A stretch of 64,000 nucleotides of DNA from Opitutales bacterium (GCA_965197745.1 CBDANS010000006.1:448001-512000), one strand, 5' to 3'; numbered from the stretch's first letter, positions 10,889 through 22,525 are shown. Numbers and translations are program-made. The notes: generated by a model from the letters alone, not told the origin.

Positions 10889-12865
10889 ATGCGGATTAAA
10901 ATTTCTATTATTTTGATTGGCCTCAACTTAGGTCTCTTCGGTCTGATCTATTATCTTGAAAAGGAAGCGGCCACCGTAGGTGCTTTTGAAAGCGCGAAGC
11001 GATTAGTCTTTCCCCCGGGATTTGTCGAGGATAGCGACCGACTCGAGATTGATGGGAGGGGGTTGACTCATAGCTGGGTCCTCGTCCGCGAAATGGATCA
11101 TTGGTATCTCGATAAGCCGATCAACTGGCCTGCCAATATCTATGCTGTGAGCAGAATGATTAATCAGCTTAAATTTCTCGAATGGGAAACACGGTTTTCC
11201 GTGAATGAAATTAAAAAAGCCGGTCGTAGTTTGGAAGATTACGGGCTGAAGAATCCCAAAGCGGTCCTTACCCTTAGTCAGGGAAATATGAAAAAAGAAA
11301 TTAAAATTGGCGAGTCGACTGAAATAGGAAAACGTCTCTATATCCTGTCTCCAGCCGAGGAGGAAGTTTTCGTCGTTAATCGTGATTTGCTTCAAAGTTT
11401 AACCCTCGATCTGCAAGATCTGCGCAGTCAGAATATTTTCGATATCCCCTTGTTTGAAGTGCGTTCACTAAGTATTCAGATCACCGATCCCGGTAACCTT
11501 AAGGTTCGGCTCGCGCGTATCGGTGATGATTGGATTTTTGAATCGCCCATTCAAACCAATGCCAATACTCAGCATGTTAACAGCACCATTAATCAACTGA
11601 CTGGATTGAAAGTTATCGATTTTCAGGGAGCGGACCGTGTTCAGGAAATATTGGCCAACCCCGCCCTGAGAATAACGCTCGAAGGGAATAACCGGAGACA
11701 AACGCTGCTCGTCGGCGAAGCCGTGAGGGAAGAGGGCAATGGGAAAAAGACAAAATATTTCGCAAGCATGGAAGATAATTCAACGGTATTCACCCTGGCT
11801 GCCGCGCCCATCAATGAACTTCTCAATGTTCAAGAGAGTCTGCGGGAAAAAAAATTCGTTCTTTTCGACCCCTCTGAACTTAAATCCATTGATATTTCGA
11901 TTTCAGATAACTCCGTTGAATTACAAAAACTTGAAACCGGGACTTGGCAGGTGCTTAAGTCCAATAAAATCGGAGAACTCTCGGCATGGACCGCTGATTC
12001 TCAATTGATGAACGATGTCATAAACTCACTGCATGATATTGAAGCTGTCCGCTTTATAAGTGATGCGCCATCAGCCGCGGATCTCGAAAAATATGGCTTC
12101 AATGATCCACAAAGACGTGTCGTATTTCGATCTCAGGATGAACAGACATTGCTCATCGGAGATTTGGATCCGGGGTCAAGACTGCTCTTCGCAAAGATGG
12201 AAGCAGCGCCTTTTATTTACCAGATTAGAACAGATATTTTGCACCTCCTTAAAGTGAGTGCCCTCTATTATCGTTTACGTGTGATTGAAGAACTGCCTCA
12301 GGGAGCACGTGTGAAAAAAATAATCCTCGTTGATATAGAAAATGATACTTCCATCATCGACATTGAGATCGATCTCTCAAATGAATCATGGTCTGACGCG
12401 CTCATTGATTATCCTGAGAAAAAACAGTATGCAATTTTAGATTTAATCGATGTAATTCGTAAATTTGAGGTTAAAGAGTACTTAAGTGACAGCTATAGTC
12501 ATAGCTACCAACAGGGGAATAGGGTAATACCATGGAAATACCGTTTGGAAGCTGACATTCATTTACCCGGTGGCGAAGAGGATCGCATGCAGACCCGCAT
12601 GTTTTCTTTCAGTGATCGAATCGGCGGAACCACGCAAATTGGTGGATCACCGGATGCACAGGTTATATTCGCTATAAACCAAAAGTTGATAGATGCTCTT
12701 TTCGAACTGACATTCGATCCGATTCCACCGGTCGATAAAGGTCTGGCTCAGGAACCCCTTCCTACCACTGATGAACCGGATACCAGTGAGATAACAACCC
12801 AGGATGCTTCCTCCCCGTCTGAAAATATTCCTGAGCAATCTGCCTCGGAAGAAGTAAAACCATAA
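10889..12865 (+). CDS. DUF4340-type membrane-anchored protein
   Basis: N-terminal TM; repeated L..YGL..P / L.KYGF.DP units; usual position after GldG. Start moved to the ATG at 10889. Confidence 0.7.
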   Translation: MRIKISIILIGLNLGLFGLIYYLEKEAATVGAFESAKRLVFPPGFVEDSDRLEIDGRGLTHSWVLVREMDHWYLDKPINWPANIYAVSRMINQLKFLEWETRFSVNEIKKAGRSLEDYGLKNPKAVLTLSQGNMKKEIKIGESTEIGKRLYILSPAEEEVFVVNRDLLQSLTLDLQDLRSQNIFDIPLFEVRSLSIQITDPGNLKVRLARIGDDWIFESPIQTNANTQHVNSTINQLTGLKVIDFQGADRVQEILANPALRITLEGNNRRQTLLVGEAVREEGNGKKTKYFASMEDNSTVFTLAAAPINELLNVQESLREKKFVLFDPSELKSIDISISDNSVELQKLETGTWQVLKSNKIGELSAWTADSQLMNDVINSLHDIEAVRFISDAPSAADLEKYGFNDPQRRVVFRSQDEQTLLIGDLDPGSRLLFAKMEAAPFIYQIRTDILHLLKVSALYYRLRVIEELPQGARVKKIILVDIENDTSIIDIEIDLSNESWSDALIDYPEKKQYAILDLIDVIRKFEVKEYLSDSYSHSYQQGNRVIPWKYRLEADIHLPGGEEDRMQTRMFSFSDRIGGTTQIGGSPDAQVIFAINQKLIDALFELTFDPIPPVDKGLAQEPLPTTDEPDTSEITTQDASSPSENIPEQSASEEVKP

Positions 12866-12873
12866 CGGGCGTA

Positions 12874-15642
12874 GTGCTGAAGATGATAGACGAAAGAGCC
12901 GCATACCGGATGAAAGGTATGCTTTTAGGTACTTGGAGAATCTGTCAGTCTTTTCTCATTTATTTTTTGCTTGTCCTTGCACTCATCCAGGGTGCGATAC
13001 TGGCTTTTTCATATTTTAACCGTGAGTTGCCTGTGCCCAGGTTTCTTTTCAATAAAATTGAGGAGGGATTGGCCAGCATTGGTGTCTACCCCCAGTCAGG
13101 TGAGTTTTTCGTCGATCTCACGGGTAAAGTTTTTGTCCGCGATTTAAAAATCGCCACGATTGACAGTGACGATCTTTTGGTCAGCAGCGAAGCCGCGTTG
13201 ATCGGTTTACAATTACCCTACTTAATAATCGGGGATCTCGAAATAAAATCCATTCGATTGAGTCATACCTCTTTGTATCTACCCGCAATATATTCAGCCA
13301 GTGGAGTGAACGAACCTGTCATTGAGAGACTAAACTGCAATCTCATGTTAAAAAATCCCCGTTGGCATTTGGAGCAATTGAATTTCTTTCTTCATAATCT
13401 TCGGGTGGAGGCAAAAGGTATCTGGAAACCGCCTCCGAAGACTCTGGTAACGATTGATCCTGCACAAAAACAGCCGGCCCTGCCTGAGACGATACTGGAA
13501 CGCTATTATCTTTTCTGCAGCAAAATCATGACCTTGCATCCTACCTTCAGCAAACTTAAGGCTCCCATCCTCGAGGCCGTTCTTCAACCCGACGCCAGGG
13601 GAATGCCAAGAGCAGACATCACCTTAGCGGCACAAGGTGGTACTTTCTTTAACACCATCCGGGTGGGTTCTTTTCAAATGAAAATGAATGATGTCGGTTA
13701 TTTTCAATTAGACCCCAAAGGGCCCGTAAAATTCAATTTAGACACGTTTACATGGATAAATAAGATAGAGGCGGAAAACCTGGAAGCTTTATTTGAAATT
13801 AATTCTTTACACCCTGATCAAATAAAAATCCCCAGGCTTGTCTCTCTTGCTGCGCACCGGTTGTGGCGCGACGAACTCGTCGCGGATAATCTTGTCGCGG
13901 AGATAGTGCCTCATCTCTACCCCATCGTGCGTGGCAATGCTTTCATAAAGTTGGACGGAAGACCATTAGCATTTAAGGGGGAAGCAGATGTAAATAACAG
14001 GACTGCTGAGTTGCATATCAATTCCCGGGTCGAGTTGGAAAAAATACCCGTTCTCTCAATACTTTTAGATTCTGATATGAGTAAAAATCTGTCATTTAGC
14101 GGACCTCCCCATGTAATCATGGATGTTTCGCTCAGTGACGCATACAAGCTCGATCATCTGGATTATTCATTAGATACAACGCTACCTTCTCTAAATGGCG
14201 TAACTATTGACCGCTTCGCCGCTCGCGGTTCGCTCACCCCCCTCACCCTTGTCGCGGATAATATTATAATGGAAAAGAATAGCAATCGGCTTACCGGTTC
14301 CTATCAACATAATCTTAAGAACAATGATTTCCGAATGCTTGCGAAGGGTAATTTTCTTCCCTCTCATTTAAATAAGGCAATGCGTCCCTGGTGGACCGCA
14401 TTATGGAATAATTTCATTTTCTCCGATGGGTTCACTTACAATGATATCGATTTTCGCGGAAACTGGAATGATCGATCACGGCGTCTATTTTATGGCGAAC
14501 TCAAAGCCGACAACCTCTCCTATAAAGGGCTCTCTTTACTTAAAGGCCGTACCACAGTCTGGGCATTCCCCGGTTACGTGCGATTAATTGATTTGATGTG
14601 TGAACGGGTCGAAGGGCGCACCATGGGGTCTCTCAATTCCTTTTTCGCTCTCGATGCCATGAATACAAGGACGCATTATTTCGATTTCAGGACAGAATTT
14701 GCGATTCCAGAATTAAGTCCCCTTCTTGGTTCTGATGTGTCATCAATAATGGACAACTTTACCTTCACTGCTGCGCCTCGTGTGAACCTTATTGGCATGC
14801 GCCATATACAGGGTGAAAATGAACAGCTCAAACGTGATGTAAAGATTAAGGCTGAAACTGATCAGGCTCATACTATATACGGATACCCCATTGATAGTAT
14901 ATCTTTCCAGGGACATCTCACCGATGATTTCTTCGATATCGATTACATGAAATTTGGAGTAAGTGATGGTTATGGGTCTGGAAATATGCATTTTCGAAAA
15001 ACACAAGACGGACCGAGAGTTGATTTTGATCTCATCCTCAAAGAAGCGGACTATGCGCGTGTCCTATCCGCCATTGGTTTTGAAGATAAATATTTAAATT
15101 CATCCGGCAACGGGAGTAAGAATCAACTCACTAGTTTTGCTCCAGGCCAACTCGATTTATATTTAAATGCCATTGGGGTGCCAGGAGAATTGACGAGTTT
15201 TGAAGGAGAGGGCAGGTTTTCAATAACTAAAGCTGAACTTGGCAAATTTCATCTTGCCGGGATGCTCTCCCGCTTTTTTGGAAGTTCTCTTCTTGGTTTT
15301 ACGCCACTGGCTCTCGACTCAATGGGCGGTGATATTATACTCGATCACAATCTGATTAATTTTCCTAAAATTACTTTTACCGGCCCTTACAGTATCGTCC
15401 GCGCCGACGGAAATGTTACATTGCCGAATAAGGATCTGGAATTCCGTGTCCTAGTCTCCTATTTAGAAAATAAAAATAATCCTGTTGTGAATATTTTCGG
15501 CATTCCCCTTTTCCCCTTCGGCCAGGTATTGCAATTGCGATTACGGGGCTCGCTTGCGGAACCCCAGTGGCGGTTTGCGCTGGATCCCCGAAATGTATTT
15601 GAAACACCGGCTATTGATGTTCCGCAAGTAGAGGAAAAATAA
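12874..15642 (+). CDS. AsmA-like / YhdP-type envelope protein
   Basis: N-terminal TM, long beta-rich body, C-terminal LRGSLAEPQW typical of the AsmA-like C-terminus. Confidence 0.6.
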   Translation: MLKMIDERAAYRMKGMLLGTWRICQSFLIYFLLVLALIQGAILAFSYFNRELPVPRFLFNKIEEGLASIGVYPQSGEFFVDLTGKVFVRDLKIATIDSDDLLVSSEAALIGLQLPYLIIGDLEIKSIRLSHTSLYLPAIYSASGVNEPVIERLNCNLMLKNPRWHLEQLNFFLHNLRVEAKGIWKPPPKTLVTIDPAQKQPALPETILERYYLFCSKIMTLHPTFSKLKAPILEAVLQPDARGMPRADITLAAQGGTFFNTIRVGSFQMKMNDVGYFQLDPKGPVKFNLDTFTWINKIEAENLEALFEINSLHPDQIKIPRLVSLAAHRLWRDELVADNLVAEIVPHLYPIVRGNAFIKLDGRPLAFKGEADVNNRTAELHINSRVELEKIPVLSILLDSDMSKNLSFSGPPHVIMDVSLSDAYKLDHLDYSLDTTLPSLNGVTIDRFAARGSLTPLTLVADNIIMEKNSNRLTGSYQHNLKNNDFRMLAKGNFLPSHLNKAMRPWWTALWNNFIFSDGFTYNDIDFRGNWNDRSRRLFYGELKADNLSYKGLSLLKGRTTVWAFPGYVRLIDLMCERVEGRTMGSLNSFFALDAMNTRTHYFDFRTEFAIPELSPLLGSDVSSIMDNFTFTAAPRVNLIGMRHIQGENEQLKRDVKIKAETDQAHTIYGYPIDSISFQGHLTDDFFDIDYMKFGVSDGYGSGNMHFRKTQDGPRVDFDLILKEADYARVLSAIGFEDKYLNSSGNGSKNQLTSFAPGQLDLYLNAIGVPGELTSFEGEGRFSITKAELGKFHLAGMLSRFFGSSLLGFTPLALDSMGGDIILDHNLINFPKITFTGPYSIVRADGNVTLPNKDLEFRVLVSYLENKNNPVVNIFGIPLFPFGQVLQLRLRGSLAEPQWRFALDPRNVFETPAIDVPQVEEK

Positions 15643-15859
15643 ATCTCACTCCTCGCTCATCGTAGAGGGTGGGCTATAACCTTTGGTAACCCGATTTTAA
15701 TTTCTCCATAGAGCGATCTCTTCCCCGTCAATTGGGATCTCCAAAGAAAATAAGGATTCTATTTTACTGTAAATTAAGAGGTTGCTTCATCAGGGTAATT
15801 CCTTTGTAGTTTAAAGCTTTTAACTCTGTTCATCAGCCAATAATAACAAGGAGTAATGC

Positions 15860-16330
15860 TTGGACCTGAAACTGATAAAACAAATCGTTGAATTAATGAA
15901 AAGCTCTGATCTCACTGAATTTGAGATCGAGGAAGAGGGCTTGAAAATACGCATCTGTCGCAGTAATGGTGATACCCCCCAATTCGTTACTACCGTTACG
16001 CCTCCTCCTTTTCCCGTCACCTCTCAAACATGGAGTCAGGAAACGGCCCCTCTCCCTGAACCAGCAGCTTCACCCGCAGAAGATAAAAATATAACTTTTG
16101 TAAAATCCCCCATGGTGGGAACTTTCTACCGTGCTCCCTCACCGGACAGCCCACCCTTCATTGAAGTGGGATCCGAAGTAAATCCCGAAACTCCGGTGTG
16201 TATTGTTGAAGCTATGAAAGTGATGAATGAAATTCAAGCAGAGACGAAGGGAACGATTGTTGAAGTACTCGTTGAAAATGGAGAATCCGTAGAATACGGA
16301 CGAGCGTTGTTGAAAGTTAAAAGAGCCTGA
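15860..16330 (+). CDS. accB: Acetyl-CoA carboxylase biotin carboxyl carrier protein
   Basis: [13 protein letters not shown] and EAMKVMNEI biotinylation motif; AGGAG upstream of the TTG start. Confidence 0.97.
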   Translation: MDLKLIKQIVELMKSSDLTEFEIEEEGLKIRICRSNGDTPQFVTTVTPPPFPVTSQTWSQETAPLPEPAASPAEDKNITFVKSPMVGTFYRAPSPDSPPFIEVGSEVNPETPVCIVEAMKVMNEIQAETKGTIVEVLVENGESVEYGRALLKVKRA

Positions 16331-16340
16331 GCTTCAGTTT

Positions 16341-17717
16341 ATGTTTGAAAAAATACTCATCGCTAATCGTGGCGAGATCGCTTTACGCATCATTCGCGCC
16401 TGTAAAGAGCTGGGCATTAAATCGGTTGCCGTTTACTCGGAAGCCGACGAACAGTCCCTGCATGTTCAATTAGCAGACGGTGCCATTTGTATCGGTCCGG
16501 CGAAGAGCCTGGAAAGTTATCTCAAAAGTGATCGCATCATAAGCGCGGCAGAAATTGCCGATGTTGATGCCATACACCCCGGCTATGGTTTTCTTGCCGA
16601 AAAACCGGAATTTGCGGAACAGTGCGAAAGCTGTAATATTAATTTTATCGGACCTTCTTCCGATTCCATGCGCAGGATGGGTGATAAATCCATCGCTCGA
16701 GAAACGGTAAGAAAGGCACGAGTTCCCGTCATACCCGGAAGTGAAGGTTCTCTCGAATCAGTAACGGAAGCGCTTAATGTGGCAAAAAAAATCGGGTTCC
16801 CGGTGATTATCAAAGCAGTCGCTGGCGGTGGCGGTAAAGGAATGCGAATGGCACATAACGCCATAACTTTCGCTAAAGAATTTTCCACTGCCCAATTGGA
16901 AGCGGAAAAAGCCTTTGGTGAAAGTGAAGTTTATGTTGAGAAATATATTTCCAATCCCCGTCACATCGAGTTTCAAGTTCTTGCCGATAAAAAGGGTAAA
17001 ACATTGCATTTAGGAGAACGTGATTGTTCTGTTCAGAGAAGATATCAAAAACTTATTGAAGAAGCGCCTTCGCCTTTTCTTAACGCTGACTTGCGTAAGA
17101 AAATGGGGCGTTCCGCGATTCGCGCCGCCGAAGCTTGTAATTATACAAATGCCGGAACCATTGAGTTTCTCGTCGATAAAAATGGTAACTATTTTTTTAT
17201 CGAAATGAATACACGCATTCAGGTCGAGCATGGTGTTACCGAGGAAATTACGGGAATAGATTTAATAAAAGAACAGATCCGTATTGCCGCGGGCGAATCA
17301 CTCGAGATTGACCAAAGAGATGTGAAAATTACCCGACACGCCATAGAATGCCGTATTTGTGCGGAAGACCCGGGTCATAATTTTGCCCCTTGCCCGGGAG
17401 AAATTGGCCTCTATTACCAACCCGGGGGACATGGGGTACGAGTTGACTCTCATATATATGGCGGTTATTATATCCCCTCTGAATATGATAGTATGATTGG
17501 CAAAGTTATAACCCATGCGAAAACACGTGATCAGGCACTCGACAGGATGCATCGAGCACTAAGCGAATATATCATCCGCGGCGTAAAAACAACGATCCCT
17601 TTTAGTCTGGCTGTTATAAATGACCCAAAATTTCGTCGAGTCGGGGCCACGACTAATTTTATCGATGATTTTCTCAATGGAAAACCTAAAGACTTTTTTA
17701 ATAATAAAACCCATTAG
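16341..17717 (+). CDS. accC: Biotin carboxylase
   Basis: [46 protein letters not shown]. Confidence 0.97.
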   Translation: MFEKILIANRGEIALRIIRACKELGIKSVAVYSEADEQSLHVQLADGAICIGPAKSLESYLKSDRIISAAEIADVDAIHPGYGFLAEKPEFAEQCESCNINFIGPSSDSMRRMGDKSIARETVRKARVPVIPGSEGSLESVTEALNVAKKIGFPVIIKAVAGGGGKGMRMAHNAITFAKEFSTAQLEAEKAFGESEVYVEKYISNPRHIEFQVLADKKGKTLHLGERDCSVQRRYQKLIEEAPSPFLNADLRKKMGRSAIRAAEACNYTNAGTIEFLVDKNGNYFFIEMNTRIQVEHGVTEEITGIDLIKEQIRIAAGESLEIDQRDVKITRHAIECRICAEDPGHNFAPCPGEIGLYYQPGGHGVRVDSHIYGGYYIPSEYDSMIGKVITHAKTRDQALDRMHRALSEYIIRGVKTTIPFSLAVINDPKFRRVGATTNFIDDFLNGKPKDFFNNKTH

Positions 17718-17728
17718 GAACTATTAAT

Positions 17729-18199
17729 ATGAAAAAAACGAAGAAAAAGAGTGCGCCGGAAGAAAATGTTGATGTGCACGAAATTCCTACGATTAATGAA
17801 GAATCGTCATCGATGGGCGAAATCAAAATTAACCATACGGTTATAGCCAGTATCGTTAGACTCGCTACTCTCGAAGTTTCCGGTGTCGTCATGGTAGCCG
17901 GTGGGCGAATGGAGGAACTCACGGGAATGTTCACGAAAAAAGATTCGGGCATCGGTATCCGGGTAGAAGAAAACGAAATGGGCGATTACCATATCGTAAT
18001 TCGTGTTATACTCTCATTTGGCATTGAACTGGCCAGAACCGCCTATGAAATACAGACCACCGTTCGCGACCAGGTAAATAAAATGACGAATAAGCAGGTC
18101 GCTAAGGTCGATGTCATTATTGATGGCGTGAAAATGCCTAATAGTGTTGTCGAAGAAGATGAGAGAAAAAATTGGGTTGAACCCGAACATACGGACTGA
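17729..18199 (+). CDS. Asp23/Gls24 family protein (YqhY-like)
   Basis: GEIKI...VIASI...A..EV.GV, GIRVE, IQ..V...V..MT...V.KVDV.I.GV; directly follows accBC. Confidence 0.85.
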   Translation: MKKTKKKSAPEENVDVHEIPTINEESSSMGEIKINHTVIASIVRLATLEVSGVVMVAGGRMEELTGMFTKKDSGIGIRVEENEMGDYHIVIRVILSFGIELARTAYEIQTTVRDQVNKMTNKQVAKVDVIIDGVKMPNSVVEEDERKNWVEPEHTD

Positions 18200-18244
18200 T
18201 CTATTCAGTCATTTATCACTAATATTCTAAATTCTCGGGCAATT

Positions 18245-18754
18245 TTGGAAAACATCACGCAAATCCTTGAGCACCTGACCGGCGGTCCCTATTTATGGAT
18301 AGGTGGGGCAGCTATTTTGTTGCTCTTTATATTATGGCTGTTGGCGCGAAAACAACCCGGTTCGTTTATCGCTTTCAAAAGCACAGCGGGGAAAATAATT
18401 ATCACCCGGTCAGCCATCAACGAATTGGCTCAACGTACCTGCAGTCAGATTGAAACAATAGGTAAATGCTCAACGCGAATAAAAACGCGTGGCGGTACTT
18501 TAAAAATTGAAGTGCGCATTCAATTACTTGCCGGATCCAAGCTGAATGATGTAACTTCAGATTTGCAAACCCACCTCACGCATGCTTTTGGAGAAATACT
18601 GGGGATTGAAAATTTGGGAGACATTAATGTGGTTGTTACTGGATTCATTGGTAGCCATGATGCTACTCCTCCTCCGGCGATGAGTGAATCATTAGAGAGT
18701 GAGTTTCCAGAAACAGTGGCATCAGCGAGTCGTGATTCGGACGAGACCTCTTGA
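18245..18754 (+). CDS. Membrane-anchored AmaP-like protein
   Basis: N-terminal TM then G.I.I...AI..L and LG.....INV.V pattern; next to an Asp23-family gene. Confidence 0.55.
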   Translation: MENITQILEHLTGGPYLWIGGAAILLLFILWLLARKQPGSFIAFKSTAGKIIITRSAINELAQRTCSQIETIGKCSTRIKTRGGTLKIEVRIQLLAGSKLNDVTSDLQTHLTHAFGEILGIENLGDINVVVTGFIGSHDATPPPAMSESLESEFPETVASASRDSDETS

Positions 18755-18879
18755 TGCCTTGGGTTGGTCCGATCCCGATTTCTTAAGTTTGCATGACGCA
18801 CCGTGAATCTCCGATATAATGGGTTTCCTATGGGTTGGATAATCCGTCGCTTATTCTTAATTCTCAGTTTAATAAACTA

Positions 18880-19515
18880 ATGGCACTTGATCTACACTCG
18901 GCCCGGTTTTATGGCATCCTCGATGCCGCTTACGTGTCAATGGAACAGTGGATCGATAAGTGCCGCGCATTGTTAAATGGAGGAGCGGACCTGGTTCAAT
19001 TACGAGCAAAAAATAAAACTCATAAAGAACGAATTGAACTCTTAGAATTAATACTGCCTCTTTTTAAAAACAAAATGGATGCTCTTATTATTAACGATGA
19101 TATTAATCTCGTCCTTCAATATCCGAGCGTGGGTCTGCATATTGGACCGCAGGATATACCGCCTTTAGAAGCGCGCAAACTTATGGGAAGTGATCGCCTC
19201 CTTGGGTTGTCATCACATTCATTGGAACAGGCCAATAACGCGGCAGGTTTAATTAAAATTATCAACTATTTTTGTATTGGTCCTGTTTTTGCAACAAAGA
19301 CTAAACCGGAATATACTCCCGTTGGCCTGGATCTGCTCAGTGCGGTAGCTGATATAAAAACGGAATTACCACTATTTTGTATTGGCGGTATTACACGCCT
19401 TAATGCCGAGAAGGTTAAAAATGCCGGCGCTGAACGTGTCGTTGCCATCTCAGATGTCCTTTGCGACGACGACACGGCCTCGGCCGTGCGCGAATTCCGT
19501 GGTCTATTTGAATAA
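18880..19515 (+). CDS. thiE: Thiamine-phosphate synthase
   Basis: VQLRAK, LIINDD, GLHIG..D, GLSSHS, GPVFATKTK, IGGI. Confidence 0.9.
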   Translation: MALDLHSARFYGILDAAYVSMEQWIDKCRALLNGGADLVQLRAKNKTHKERIELLELILPLFKNKMDALIINDDINLVLQYPSVGLHIGPQDIPPLEARKLMGSDRLLGLSSHSLEQANNAAGLIKIINYFCIGPVFATKTKPEYTPVGLDLLSAVADIKTELPLFCIGGITRLNAEKVKNAGAERVVAISDVLCDDDTASAVREFRGLFE

Positions 19516-19656
19516 TAAATCTCAGAACGTTAATTTATCTTCGCACTGAATCTTCTTATTGATCGGGAAAGCAGTGTCGTGATAGGGCCAGTAATCAGTT
19601 CGGGAAAATTAATAACAATGTGTTTTCAAGGTGATTTTATTTAAAATTCCCCCTTA

Positions 19657-20286
19657 ATGGACACGCTCATGGATTGGGTCATTATATCTACCCTCCCATT
19701 TATTACCGCGCTTATCGGTTGGCTGACGAATAAAGTAGCGATAAAAATGCTCTTTCGCCCGCAGCGATCGATCAGCATATGCGGTTGGAAATGGCAGGGC
19801 CTCATACCCAGGCGGCAAAAGGATATCGCGCGTCAAACCGGCGAAATTATTGAGCGTGATATTCTCAGCCATCATGATTTACGCCGTGAGATTATGAATA
19901 TTGATTTAAATCCTCACTTACATGAATTCACTTCTCGTCTTATCCGAAATAAACTCGGGTCCCGTTTAAAAACAATACCCCTCATTGGTAATTTCATTAA
20001 CGAGAAAATGTTAGCGCGACTTGAAAATGTGGCGTTGGATGAAATGATGCATGAGTCAACCGCACTCATGGATCATCTCGCCCATGAAATGGAACACCAT
20101 ATTGAAATAAAAACCCTGGTGGAGCAAAGAATAGCTGAATTTGACTTGGATAAACTCGAGTCTGTCGTCAATAAGGCCGCGAACAGTGAGTTTCGCACGA
20201 TTGAAATACTGGGAGGGATTCTCGGATTTATCATCGGACTGGGCCAGGTTTTATTGCTGTGGCTTACCGGCTATATTCAAATCTGA
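19657..20286 (+). CDS. DUF445 family membrane protein
   Basis: IGWLTN.VAIKMLFRP, QGLIPRR, IEILGGILGFIIG. Confidence 0.85.
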   Translation: MDTLMDWVIISTLPFITALIGWLTNKVAIKMLFRPQRSISICGWKWQGLIPRRQKDIARQTGEIIERDILSHHDLRREIMNIDLNPHLHEFTSRLIRNKLGSRLKTIPLIGNFINEKMLARLENVALDEMMHESTALMDHLAHEMEHHIEIKTLVEQRIAEFDLDKLESVVNKAANSEFRTIEILGGILGFIIGLGQVLLLWLTGYIQI

Positions 20287-20464
20287 TTTATTATAACGGA
20301 TAATTCATCGCCCGCTACTCACCACCATAAGGGGTTGCGTATCTTCATTTTTTCATAATATCCCCAATTCACTATTTATGGTGTAATGGGGGACGAAAAC
20401 AGGGAGACCGACATAGCTATTCGGTCCACCTCTTCCTGAATACATTATTTCACACAATACCCTG

Positions 20465-21247
20465 CTATAAGCGAAGATACTTACGAATGTAGAGTTCAAG
20501 TGAACTGGTGCGAAGATGATCGGCGATGATAATACCGTTCTGACTTATCAATACCATCGTAGGAATCGTTTCGACTCCCCACTTCTTAGAAATTGTCTTG
20601 TACTTATCCAATGCCATAGGCCAGGTAATTCCGTACTGATTTTCAAATTTACTGAGATTAATCTTACTTTGGTCCAGGCTTACCCCTATAATCTCGAATC
20701 CCCGGTCTTTGTAGCGATTATAAATCTGCACGAGTTGGGGCATCTCTTTGCGGCAGGGAGGACACCAGGTCGCCCAGAAATCGACCAGCACAAGCTTGCC
20801 GCGAAGTTGTTTTAAGGAGATGGAATCAGTGGAACCTTGAATCTTTCCACCCACATTGGGAGCGATATCTCCCGGCTTGTAATGGAGAAGCCTGGGAGGT
20901 GGTACCTTGGTGGGAAGTGCCTGCGCAACCTGCGTCCTGGCGGCTGTTTTCTTTTGAACCGGGGGGTTATATGCCGTTTTGGGTTTGGGTGCGGGCGCCA
21001 GCAGCTTGTCGCCTCCAGGAAATTTTTCGCGCACGTAAGCCTGATCTTCGGACGATAACTGCTTTACCGAATAGAGAACTCTACCGCCTGTCGCTTTTTT
21101 GAGAATAACAATACCCCCTCTATAATTGACAATCTCAGCCTCAAATGTCTTGCCGTCAGCCATGGTCCAAATGCGTGCGTTTAAGGCTATTGGGCTCAAT
21201 GATAATACTGAAATAATTAAAAGAATATTTAAAGATCCTAACTTCAT
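20465..21247 (-). CDS. Secreted SHD1-domain plus TlpA-family thiol-disulfide oxidoreductase
   Basis: Signal peptide; RIWT..DG..FEAE...LS.EDQAY (SHD1-like); Pro/Lys linker; DFWATWCPPC. Confidence 0.85.
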   Translation of the reverse strand: MKLGSLNILLIISVLSLSPIALNARIWTMADGKTFEAEIVNYRGGIVILKKATGGRVLYSVKQLSSEDQAYVREKFPGGDKLLAPAPKPKTAYNPPVQKKTAARTQVAQALPTKVPPPRLLHYKPGDIAPNVGGKIQGSTDSISLKQLRGKLVLVDFWATWCPPCRKEMPQLVQIYNRYKDRGFEIIGVSLDQSKINLSKFENQYGITWPMALDKYKTISKKWGVETIPTMVLISQNGIIIADHLRTSSLELYIRKYLRL

Positions 21248-21343
21248 AGAATTATAATTAATATTAAAACCCCCTGGTCTCTGCACCGCATCATTTATAC
21301 TAAGCCAAATGATCACCAGGTGCAAGATCAATATGTATCAAAA

Positions 21344-22525
21344 CTAAACTGAGGCCGACTTTCGCAGGCGCAAATTGACTAAATAAACAGTAGTGACAAA
21401 TACTAAGAGAAAACAACCCACAACCCCGAAGGTTGAAGCTAAACTAAGATGATTGGTTAAAGGTTGTGCGAGAAATGGAGAAACGAATCGCCCTAAAAAA
21501 TGACAGGTCGTGAGGCCTCCTATAGCTCTACCACGATAAGCTTCCGGAGATACCGTATTTACCCAAAGGTTTATGTTAGGTAGGAATAAAGCCATTCCCA
21601 TAGAAAGAAAATACAAGCCGATTATGGCAAAAGCAAAAACTGACGATTGGTAGAGGACAAAAAAGCCAATGCTTGATAATAAAATAGAGGTCATCGTAAT
21701 ATCCATAAATCGAAATCTGCTTTTTATTCTCCCGTAATACGAAGCCCCCAGAGATATGACGATAGTAGTTGACGCTAAGGCCAGTCCTAATTTTGTACTG
21801 CTTGTCACCGATAATTCCTCGGCAAAGAAGGGAAATAATATTCCGGTAAGGAATGTAGCCGCAGTAATGATAAAAGTCAGCCCATATATAGAGCATATTT
21901 TTAAATAGGGGAAGGCTTCCTGCCCAGGTTTATCCTGGCTTATTTCTCGAGGTCTTGGTCGTCGGGGTTCCGTAATATAATACATACCCACGGGTATGAT
22001 AAAAAACGCGATGCTATATAAGTAGAATGGATAGCGCCAACTGATATCTGCTAACATACCACCCACTACCAGAACAATCATCGAGCCTAAACTCATAAAA
22101 GAAACCTGTATCCCAATGATTTTCTGTCGCTTTTCACTATCATAATCATAATAATCTGCGATCAAGGCTATGCACGCTGTGCTGATGGCTCCCACCGCCA
22201 ATCCAAGAATAGCTCTTCCCGCGATCAGCATGTAAAGTGAATCCAGATAACAGGCGGAAGTGCCGCTCAAACCGAAAATAACAACGGATACGAAAAGCAA
22301 TCGCTTGCGCCCAAATCGGTCAATGAAATAACCGGCAAGAGGCGCGCCAATCGCCGTAAACAGGTAAGGCATTGTTAGAAATAACCTGACTAACAATTCA
22401 GCATTGGCTTCACCCTCAAAAAAATTGAGGATTTTTGGTAGTGACGGAATCACCGGCGCCCCCGTCATAGGCGGGAGGCAGCTTATCAATAATAATATGA
22501 CTAAACGCAGAAAATTGTCTTTCAT
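21344..22525 (-). CDS. MFS transporter
   Basis: Motif A G.F.DRFGRKR, GRAILG, SWRYPF; about 12 TM. Confidence 0.9.
   Translation of the reverse strand: MKDNFLRLVILLLISCLPPMTGAPVIPSLPKILNFFEGEANAELLVRLFLTMPYLFTAIGAPLAGYFIDRFGRKRLLFVSVVIFGLSGTSACYLDSLYMLIAGRAILGLAVGAISTACIALIADYYDYDSEKRQKIIGIQVSFMSLGSMIVLVVGGMLADISWRYPFYLYSIAFFIIPVGMYYITEPRRPRPREISQDKPGQEAFPYLKICSIYGLTFIITAATFLTGILFPFFAEELSVTSSTKLGLALASTTIVISLGASYYGRIKSRFRFMDITMTSILLSSIGFFVLYQSSVFAFAIIGLYFLSMGMALFLPNINLWVNTVSPEAYRGRAIGGLTTCHFLGRFVSPFLAQPLTNHLSLASTFGVVGCFLLVFVTTVYLVNLRLRKSASV

Noticed and set aside
7552..12865. Gliding motility system
   Set aside because: GldA/F/G-like ABC modules with DUF4340 partners are widespread in non-gliding bacteria, and no gldK-N or sprA genes are present.
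18755..18879. TPP riboswitch upstream of thiE
   Set aside because: The conserved CTGAGA and ACCTGA cores were not found.
20400..20438. Terminator hairpin between the convergent DUF445 and TlpA genes
   Set aside because: The stem GACCGA/TCGGTC is short and has no U-tract on either strand.
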